Positions 57,281 through 64,000 of a stretch of 64,000 nt of DNA are shown piece by piece. This stretch comes from Alphaproteobacteria bacterium (lineage in GTDB: Bacteria > Pseudomonadota > Alphaproteobacteria > VGEJ01), in the NCBI GenBank assembly GCA_965226045.1, contig CBDDBU010000021.1, positions 1-64,000 of the forward strand, read 5' to 3'. The notes under the pieces were generated by a model, which saw nothing but the letters and a program-made list of their open reading frames with translations, had not been told where the DNA came from and ran no database searches. The stretch's first letter is position 1; every line of letters starts with the position of its first letter. Made by a program: the position numbers and the translations under genes.

Positions 57281-59134
57281 CTACTCGGCGGCCGGCGCGC
57301 CGCTACTCGGCGGCCCTCCTCGATGCGCGGCCTCGATGCCCTCCTCGATGCCCTCCTCGATGCCCTCCCCGATGCCGTGATCGAGTTTCGCCTCGATCGT
57401 GGCGATCTCTTCGGCCGCGGGCTCGAACGATAGCGCCCGACGCCACTGGAAGCGGGCTTCAAGGCGGCGGTCGACGCGCCAATAGGCATCGCCTAGGTGG
57501 TCGTTGATGACCGGGTCGTCGGGGACCAGTTCGGCCGCTCGTTCGAGCCAGCGCACGGCCTCGGCGTACTGACCAAGGCGATAGTAGACCCAACCCAGGC
57601 TGTCGGTGATGTAACCATCGCGCGGTCGCAGGCTGGCCGCTTTGCGCAGCATGTCGAGCGCTTTGTCGTAGTGGGTGCCCTGTTCGATCCACGAATAGCC
57701 GAGGTAGTTGAGGACGAAAGGCTGGTCGGGTCGGAACTCGAGCGCCTGGAGGAAATCGCCCTCCGCGCGAACCCATCGACCCGAGCGCTCGAGCGCGATG
57801 CCGCGTGTGTAGAACAGCGCCCAATCACGCTCGCTGATCGTGGCGATGCGCTGGAACGCGCGATCGTAGGCGGCGACGGCGTCGTCCCAGGAGCCGCGCG
57901 CGCGCAGCATATCGCCGAGCGCGATCAGGGCATCGGTGCGCGCCGGGCGCTCCGCTGCCATGGTCTCGAGAATCTCGCGGGCAGCGCCGACCCGGTCGAG
58001 GCGGTCGAGATCGCCGGCGATCCGCATACGGGCGTTCCAGCCGTACGGCGAGTCGGTGTCGATGCCGCGATATATCGCTATCGCCGCCTCCCACCGCTCC
58101 AGCGATTCGTAGATCGAGGCGAGCACCGTCCGCGCGACCGCGAAGTCCGGGCGCAAGCGGATCGCCAGCCGGGCGAAGATCGCCGCTTCCTCTACCGCGC
58201 CCTCGCGGGCGAGCTCGCCCGCGAGGTTGAAGCACGCCTCGGCGAGGCCGGCTGCCGGCGACTCGACGAACGCGGCCGCCGGATCGCCGCGTCGGGCGGC
58301 CGTCAGCTCGGCGTTGATCAGCGGGTTGTCGGGGTCACGCTTGAGATAGTTCTCGTAGACCGCGATCGCCTCGTCGGTCCGTCCGCGCCGGCGCAGGAAG
58401 GCCGTCTGCGCCTCGACCACGCGCAGCGAGGCGCCCTGGGTCAACTCCATCGACTTGGCGTAGCCGATCTCGGCGGCGTCGAATCGTCCGAGGTAGTCGG
58501 CGATCAGCGCGCCATGAAAGGCGGCGAAGCCCTGCGACGCGGCGCTCTTGCTCAGCACCTCCAGCGCGGCGGAGGCCCGGTCCGCGTCGCCGAGCCCGGC
58601 GTTGATCCACGCCTTCACCAACAGACCGAGCAGCGCCGCCGACCCGCGCGAGGCAAGGTTTTCGATCAGCGGCAGCGCCCGCTCGTGGTCCCCCGCGCGC
58701 ACCAACTCGGCGGCGAGAACCAGGGCGGGGAGCGGATCGTCGGCGGCGACCTGAACCAGTTTGCGCGCCAAGCTGGTCGCGGCCTCGTGGCGCCCGTCGG
58801 CCAGCGTCACCCGCATGAGGTTGCCGGCGAGCGCGAGATTGTCAGGGCTGGCGCTGAGCGCGATCTCGTAGTAATCGGCGGCCCGGGCGTAGTCACCGTC
58901 AGCGCGCGCCTGAATCGCCGCGAGGAATGCCCCGGCCGGAGAGCGCTCACTGGGCCCCTTGCCCTCGATGCGTTGGGGCACCGGGCTGTCGGTCGCCTGG
59001 CTTACGGTCAGCGTTGGCTCGGTCGCGCGGGCATAGCCGGCGGTCAGGGCCAGCAGCAGGCACATCCCGCCCGCGCGGTAGACGCGGCGCCAAACCGCGG
59101 CTGAGCGCGCCCGCTCGGCGTCCGCTCGGCTCAT
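57281..59134 (-). CDS. TPR-repeat protein with signal peptide and C-terminal (GIEE)n repeats
   Basis: Start set at MSRADAERARS (signal/TM MCLLLALTAGYARA). More than 10 TPR-like repeats. C-terminus GIGEGIEEGIEEGIEAA. A 22-bp tandem duplication generates the stop codon. Confidence 0.65.
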   Translation of the reverse strand: MSRADAERARSAAVWRRVYRAGGMCLLLALTAGYARATEPTLTVSQATDSPVPQRIEGKGPSERSPAGAFLAAIQARADGDYARAADYYEIALSASPDNLALAGNLMRVTLADGRHEAATSLARKLVQVAADDPLPALVLAAELVRAGDHERALPLIENLASRGSAALLGLLVKAWINAGLGDADRASAALEVLSKSAASQGFAAFHGALIADYLGRFDAAEIGYAKSMELTQGASLRVVEAQTAFLRRRGRTDEAIAVYENYLKRDPDNPLINAELTAARRGDPAAAFVESPAAGLAEACFNLAGELAREGAVEEAAIFARLAIRLRPDFAVARTVLASIYESLERWEAAIAIYRGIDTDSPYGWNARMRIAGDLDRLDRVGAAREILETMAAERPARTDALIALGDMLRARGSWDDAVAAYDRAFQRIATISERDWALFYTRGIALERSGRWVRAEGDFLQALEFRPDQPFVLNYLGYSWIEQGTHYDKALDMLRKAASLRPRDGYITDSLGWVYYRLGQYAEAVRWLERAAELVPDDPVINDHLGDAYWRVDRRLEARFQWRRALSFEPAAEEIATIEAKLDHGIGEGIEEGIEEGIEAAHRGGPPSSGAPAAE

Positions 59135-59237
59135 CAAATAACCCAGGCCAAACCTCCCGGCTGCGGCGCCCTCGGGTACTATCGCCTTTGCCGGCGCCGC
59201 GCAATCCCGCGCCGGCGCCGCGTTGGAGATCGGCGCG

Positions 59238-60893
59238 CTACATGTTCGGGTAGTTGGGGCCGCCGCTTCCCTCGGGGACCACCCAGGTAATGTTCTGGGT
59301 CGGGTCCTTGATGTCGCAGGTCTTGCAGTGCACGCAATTTTGGGCGTTGATCTGCAGCCGCGGCGCGCCCGCCTCCGCGCCGACGATCTCGTAGACGCCG
59401 GCCGGGCAGTAGCGTTGTTCGGGCGCATCGTATATGGCGAGATTGTGATCGATGGCGCGGGCCGGCTCGGCGAGCCGGAGATGGCTCGGCTGATCCTCCT
59501 CGTGATTGGTGTTCGAGAGAAAGACCGAGGACAGCCGGTCGAAGCTCACCTTGCCGTCAGGCTTGGGATATTCGAGCCGACGGCACGCGGCGGCGGGGCG
59601 CAACGACAGGTGATCGGCGTGGCGGTGACGGAGCGTCCACGGCAACCGCCCGCGCATCAGCTTGAGGTCGAGCCCGCCGTACACGAGGCCGGCGAGAAGG
59701 CCGTGGCGAAAGGCCGGGCGAAAGTTGCGCACCCGGTGCAGTTCTTCATGAACCCATGAGGAGTGCAGCGCCTCGGGGTAGGCGGTGAGCTCGTCGCCGA
59801 CCCGGCCGCCGGCCAAAGCCGCGAACGCCGCCTCGGCGGCCAGCATGCCGCTCTTCATCGCGGTGTGGCTGCCCTTGATCTTGGCTACATTGAGGAAGCC
59901 GGCCGAACAACCGATCAGCGCCCCGCCCGGAAACACCAGCCGCGGGATCGCCTGGAGGCCGCCTTCGTTGATGGCGCGCGCGCCATAGGCGATGCGCTTG
60001 CCGCCGTCGAAGGTCGGGTGCACCGCCGGGTGGGTCTTGAAGCGCTGAAACTCGTCGAACGGGCTGAGGTGGGGGTTTTGGTAATCCAGGCCGACGACGA
60101 AGCCGACCGCGACCAGGCCGCCGGTGAGGTGGTAGAGGAACGAGCCGCCATAGGTGCGCATGTCCATCGGCCAGCCGGCGCTGTGTTCGACCAGGCCCGG
60201 GCGGTGGACGGCCGGATCGACCTCCCACAGTTCCTTGAGACCGATGCCGTAGGTCTGCGGCGCGTCGTCGTCGCGCAGGCCGAAGCGTTGGTCCAGGAGT
60301 TTGGATAGCGAGCCCCGGCAACCCTCGGCGAACAATGTGTATTTGGCCCGCAGTTCGATGCCCCGCTCGAAGGTCGGCTTGGACTCGCCATTGCGGCCGA
60401 TGCCCATATCGCCCGTGGCGACGCCGGTGACGCGGCCGTCGCCATCGACCAGGACCTCGGCGGCGGCGAAGCCGGGATAGATCTCAACGCCGAGCTCCTC
60501 GGCCTGGCCGGCGAGCCAGCGGCACAGGTTGCCGAGGCTGATGATGTAGTTGCCGTGATTGCGGAGTTCGGCGGGCAAGGCGAAATTGGGCAAGCGGATC
60601 GAGCTCGTCGGCGTGAGAATGCGGAACGCCTCGGCCGTCACCGGGGTGTCGAGCGGTGCGCCGCGGGCCTTCCAATCGGGGATCAGCTCATCGAGGGCGC
60701 GCGGCTCCAGCACCGCGCCAGAGAGGATGTGGGCGCCGACTTCCGAGCCCTTTTCGATCACGCACACGCTGATGTCGTGTTCGCCCGCCGCGCTCAATTG
60801 ACGCAGCCGGATCGCGGCGCCGAGGCCGGCCGGGCCGGCGCCGACGATCACGACGTCGTAGTCCATCGATTCGCGCTCGGGTTGTTCGCTCAT
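59238..60893 (-). CDS. Electron-transfer flavoprotein:ubiquinone oxidoreductase (ETF-QO)
   Basis: Start at [26 protein letters not shown]-binding fold. C-terminal 4Fe-4S CxxCxxC ([12 protein letters not shown]). Confidence 0.85.
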   Translation of the reverse strand: MSEQPERESMDYDVVIVGAGPAGLGAAIRLRQLSAAGEHDISVCVIEKGSEVGAHILSGAVLEPRALDELIPDWKARGAPLDTPVTAEAFRILTPTSSIRLPNFALPAELRNHGNYIISLGNLCRWLAGQAEELGVEIYPGFAAAEVLVDGDGRVTGVATGDMGIGRNGESKPTFERGIELRAKYTLFAEGCRGSLSKLLDQRFGLRDDDAPQTYGIGLKELWEVDPAVHRPGLVEHSAGWPMDMRTYGGSFLYHLTGGLVAVGFVVGLDYQNPHLSPFDEFQRFKTHPAVHPTFDGGKRIAYGARAINEGGLQAIPRLVFPGGALIGCSAGFLNVAKIKGSHTAMKSGMLAAEAAFAALAGGRVGDELTAYPEALHSSWVHEELHRVRNFRPAFRHGLLAGLVYGGLDLKLMRGRLPWTLRHRHADHLSLRPAAACRRLEYPKPDGKVSFDRLSSVFLSNTNHEEDQPSHLRLAEPARAIDHNLAIYDAPEQRYCPAGVYEIVGAEAGAPRLQINAQNCVHCKTCDIKDPTQNITWVVPEGSGGPNYPNM

Positions 60894-60955
60894 CGTCGCA
60901 TACCTCAAGTCACTACATCGCGCGCCTTACATAGCGCGCATGATAGCCTATCGCC

Positions 60956-61795
60956 ATGACCCGCACACCGAGCGGCGCCGAACAAGCGCGAGCGTTGCTG
61001 CGTTGGTACGTCGAGGCCGGCGCCGACGAGGCCATCGGTGAGAGCCCGGTCAATCGGTACGCCGAGGCCCCGCCCCGACCGACCGCCGAACCCGCCCCGG
61101 CGGACCGCGAGGCGCCACCGCGACACCCGCCACCGCGCCCAACCGCGACCGTGCCGCTTGCGCTCGAATCGACGGACGCCGCGGCCGGCAACGCGGCCGC
61201 GCTGGCGGCGCCGTGCCAAACCCTTGCCGAGCTTTGCGACGCGCTTGGGCGCTACGAGGGCTGCGCTCTCAAGCACACGGCGACGAACCTAGTGTTCGGC
61301 GACGGCGCGGCGGCGGCCGACGTGATGCTGATCGGCGAGGCGCCGGGCGCCGATGAAGATTGCGAGGGCCTGCCGTTCGTCGGCGTGAGTGGCCGCCTGC
61401 TCGATCGCATGATCGCGGCCATCGGTCTCGACCGCACCAGCGCCTACATCACCAACGTCTTGCCCTGGCGCCCGCCCGGCAATCGCAAGCCGACCACCGC
61501 CGAGTGCATGGCCTGCTTGCCGTTCATCCGGCGTCACATCGCGCTGATCGAGCCGCGTATTCTCATCTTCGTCGGTGGCACGGCGGCGAGCGCGCTGGTC
61601 GGCACGACCCAAGGCATAACCCGATTGCGCGGGCGCTGGCTGATCTATCGCGATCCCGCCGCGCCAGCGGATTCAGAGGGCATTCCGGCGATGCCCATCC
61701 TCCATCCCGCCTACCTCCTGCGCCAACCGGCGCTCAAGCGCGAGACCTGGCACGATCTCCTGAGCGTTCGCGCGCGGCTCGACGAGCTCGGCTAA
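60956..61795 (+). CDS. Uracil-DNA glycosylase, family 4 (Fe-S type), with N-terminal extension
   Basis: 279 aa. GEAPGADED ... LPFVGVSGRLLDRMI ... HPAYLLR motifs. Confidence 0.8.
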   Translation: MTRTPSGAEQARALLRWYVEAGADEAIGESPVNRYAEAPPRPTAEPAPADREAPPRHPPPRPTATVPLALESTDAAAGNAAALAAPCQTLAELCDALGRYEGCALKHTATNLVFGDGAAAADVMLIGEAPGADEDCEGLPFVGVSGRLLDRMIAAIGLDRTSAYITNVLPWRPPGNRKPTTAECMACLPFIRRHIALIEPRILIFVGGTAASALVGTTQGITRLRGRWLIYRDPAAPADSEGIPAMPILHPAYLLRQPALKRETWHDLLSVRARLDELG

Positions 61796-61845
61796 GTACG
61801 CCGGCGGCGGTTGCCGGGGCGGCGCGTATCGGCTATTTGGGAGCG

Positions 61846-63546
61846 ATGCTCTGGGGGGAGATGCCCGCCGCCAGGCGACCGGCGATGGCGGGGAACGCCA
61901 CGACGGCGTGGCTTCGTGCGGTCGGGCTGGCGGCCGCTTTGGCGGTCGCGGTATCCATGCTTGAGGGCGGGTCGCTCGCGGCCAAGGTGGCGCCGCCGGA
62001 CTGGAAGCCCGTGGCGACCCCGTTGGCCGAACCGGTCGACAACACGCCGAGACCGCGCTGGCGACCCGCTGCGCTGGTCAAGGTGGTGCCGGCGTTCACC
62101 GGCTTGCGGATTCTTTCCCCAGACGACGCGGCGCGTTATCGGCGCATTTTCGATCTGCAGAAGAAAGGCGAGTGGGCGGCGGCCGATCGCGAGATCGCGT
62201 GGCTCGACAATCGAGTGCTAATCGGCCACGTGCTCTACCAGCGCTACATGCACCCACGCGCCTACCGGTCGCGCTACAACGAACTTCGCGACTGGTTGGA
62301 AGACCATGGCGACCATCCGGATGCCCGGCGCGTCTACCGGCTGGCGCTGCGGCGCCAACCCGCCGGCGCGGCCGAGCCGCCGCGAGCCCAACCGGCCGCC
62401 GCCGCCAGTCAAGGCGTGGACGAGGTGGCGCCGCGCCGGTCGCGCAAGGCCGTGCGCCAGGCGGCGGTGGATTGGAACAAAGGCCTGGACGCCTGGCGGT
62501 GGGGCGACTACGAGCATGCACTGCGCCGCTTCGCGGCGGTGGCGGACAATCCACACGCCAGCGCCTGGACGGCGGCGGGCGGCGGGTTCTGGGCGGCGCG
62601 CGCGGCGCTCGCCTCAGGCGCTCATGCCGACGTCATGCACTACATGTCGCGCGCCGCCGAGCATCCACTCACCTTCTACGGGCTGGTGGCGGCGCGGTTG
62701 CTGGGCCATGCGATCGAAGCGGGCTGGGCCGAGCCGCCGCTCACGGAGCGGACCGCCCAGCGGCTCAAGGCGATTCCGGCGCTGCGCCGGTCTATCGCAC
62801 TGACCGAGGCCGGAGAGCATCGCCGCGCCGACCGCGAGTTCACCGCCGTCGCGGCGGGCGCCGAGCCGGCGCTGGCCGAGGACGTTCTGGTCGCCGCCGG
62901 TCGGCTCCATCTGGCGCCGGCCTCGATCCGCTTGAGCAAACTGGCGCCGTTCTCGGAGTCGCCGCTGGCGCGCCTCGCTGCCTTCCCCCTGCCGCCCTGG
63001 CGGCCAGAGGGTGGCTTCGAACTGGACCGCGCCCTGATCTACGCCTTCATGCGTCAGGAATCGGAGTTCAGAACCGACGCCAAGAGCCCGGCCGGCGCGC
63101 GCGGCCTGATGCAACTGATGCCGCGCACCGCGAGCTACGTCGCCGGTGATCGCAGCCTGCGCCGGGACCAGCGCGATCGTCTGTACGAGCCGGCCCTCAA
63201 CATCGCCCTGGGTCAGAGGTACCTTCAATGGCTGAACGGCGATCCCGACGTTGGCGGCGATCTGATGCGGCTGGCGGCGGCCTACAATGGCGGTCCCGGC
63301 AATCTCAGGAAGTGGCTGCGCCAGATCGATCACGGCGGCGATTCGCTCCTGTTCATCGAGACCATCCCGGCGTCGGAGACGCGCAATTTCGTCGAACGCG
63401 TGCTGGCCAATCTGTGGATCTACCGCATGCGGCTCGGCCAGGAGACGCCGTCGCTGGATCAAGTTGCCGTCGGCGCCTGGCCGCGCTATGTAGCGCTCGA
63501 CGCGGCGTCGGCGACCACGGTGCCGGTGCGGCTCATAGTCGAATAG
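61846..63546 (+). CDS. Soluble lytic murein transglycosylase (Slt-domain)
   Basis: Start at [12 protein letters not shown] (signal). SLT catalytic motif [29 protein letters not shown] ... AYNGGPGN. Confidence 0.8.
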   Translation: MLWGEMPAARRPAMAGNATTAWLRAVGLAAALAVAVSMLEGGSLAAKVAPPDWKPVATPLAEPVDNTPRPRWRPAALVKVVPAFTGLRILSPDDAARYRRIFDLQKKGEWAAADREIAWLDNRVLIGHVLYQRYMHPRAYRSRYNELRDWLEDHGDHPDARRVYRLALRRQPAGAAEPPRAQPAAAASQGVDEVAPRRSRKAVRQAAVDWNKGLDAWRWGDYEHALRRFAAVADNPHASAWTAAGGGFWAARAALASGAHADVMHYMSRAAEHPLTFYGLVAARLLGHAIEAGWAEPPLTERTAQRLKAIPALRRSIALTEAGEHRRADREFTAVAAGAEPALAEDVLVAAGRLHLAPASIRLSKLAPFSESPLARLAAFPLPPWRPEGGFELDRALIYAFMRQESEFRTDAKSPAGARGLMQLMPRTASYVAGDRSLRRDQRDRLYEPALNIALGQRYLQWLNGDPDVGGDLMRLAAAYNGGPGNLRKWLRQIDHGGDSLLFIETIPASETRNFVERVLANLWIYRMRLGQETPSLDQVAVGAWPRYVALDAASATTVPVRLIVE

Positions 63547-63565
63547 TTTCGCGAGGGACGGCGCC

Positions 63566-64000
63566 GTGGCAGGAATCGACGAGTCCCGACCCTTTATTGC
63601 CGTCAATATCGCCGTTCTCACCGTTTCCGACACACGGACGGAGGGCGACGACCGCTCCGGCGCGATTCTCGCCGAACGGCTGACGGCGGCGGGCCACAAA
63701 CTCGCCGCGCGCGCCATCGTCGCCGATGAGCGCGACCGCATCATCGCCCAGTTGCGGGCGTGGATCCCCGATGCGGGCATCGACGTGGTCATCGCCACCG
63801 GCGGGACCGGCCTGACCGGGCGCGACGTGACACCCGAAGCCTTCGCGGCTGTCTACGAGAAAGAGATCAGCGGCTTCGGCGAGCTATTCCGCCAGCTCAG
63901 TTATCAGACCATCGGCCCCTCGACCATCCAATCGCGGGCGACCGCGGGCGTGGCGGGCAGCACTTATCTGTTCGCGGTGCCGGGCTCGCCGGGCGCCTGC
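63566..64000 (+). CDS. Molybdenum cofactor biosynthesis protein MoaB/MogA family, 3' partial
   Basis: GTG start. [22 protein letters not shown] ... [19 protein letters not shown] is the MoCF_biosynth domain. Runs off the window end. Confidence 0.6.
   Translation, partial: MAGIDESRPFIAVNIAVLTVSDTRTEGDDRSGAILAERLTAAGHKLAARAIVADERDRIIAQLRAWIPDAGIDVVIATGGTGLTGRDVTPEAFAAVYEKEISGFGELFRQLSYQTIGPSTIQSRATAGVAGSTYLFAVPGSPGAC

Noticed and set aside
62172-63149. 325-aa plus-strand alternative-frame ORF inside the slt gene
   Set aside because: Arg/Gly-rich shadow frame. The overlapping frame (61846..63546) carries the SLT catalytic motifs.
1-64000. CRISPR arrays
   Set aside because: No regularly spaced direct repeats of 25-40 bp with unique spacers were seen. 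The tandem repeats found (137 bp, 65 bp, 22 bp, 18 bp, 14 bp) have only 2-3 units and no spacers.

Overview
This is a high-GC (~65%) alphaproteobacterial-type window that splits into four blocks. All calls below rest on reading the supplied ORF translations and the raw sequence by eye, with no database searches.

(1) 1-14.8 kb is an insertion-sequence 'graveyard'. It holds two copies of an IS481-family element, two copies of an IS903-group (IS5 family) element with one disrupted, IS3-family remnants, and a 58/59-bp inverted-repeat pair of an IS5/IS1182-like element. It also carries an apparently intact 5'-partial HNH endonuclease gene, a complete bufferin-type RiPP operon (DUF2282 precursor, DUF692 oxidase, DUF2063 protein, DoxX) sandwiched between the IS903 copies, and an AT-rich islet carrying decayed defence genes (an SRA-HNH type IV restriction pseudogene and a T5orf172/GIY-YIG remnant).

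(2) 14.8-40.7 kb is a reductive pyrimidine / hydantoin catabolic island. It encodes beta-ureidopropionase, PreT and PreA, dihydropyrimidinase, two family-III CoA-transferases, a PEP-mutase/isocitrate-lyase family protein, two isochorismatase-family hydrolases, a PotABCD-like ABC importer, an 805-aa flotillin, a hydantoinase A/B pair and a polysaccharide-deacetylase-family amidohydrolase. The hydantoinase B carries an unusual ~175-aa N-terminal extension with Rad52/Sak-like motifs, and a standalone paralog of that domain and a pair of paralogous small membrane proteins are also present.

(3) 40.7-53.1 kb is a second IS-rich accessory block. It contains an IS6 fragment, an IS5/IS1182-family element, an IS3 element, an IS481/ISNCY-like transposase, a complete IS6 with a frameshift, an IS630 remnant and a second IS1182-family element. 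Embedded in it are an amidase-signature gene, an orphan hypothetical, several pseudogenes, and an NAD-GDH C-terminal remnant.

(4) 53.1-64 kb looks like core genome: gdhA, a MipA-family gene, a TolC-like pseudogene with an in-frame TAG, a PaaI-like thioesterase, a TPR protein, ETF-ubiquinone oxidoreductase, a family-4 uracil-DNA glycosylase, a lytic transglycosylase and a 3'-partial MoaB/MogA gene.

No CRISPR array, rRNA or convincing tRNA gene was seen.
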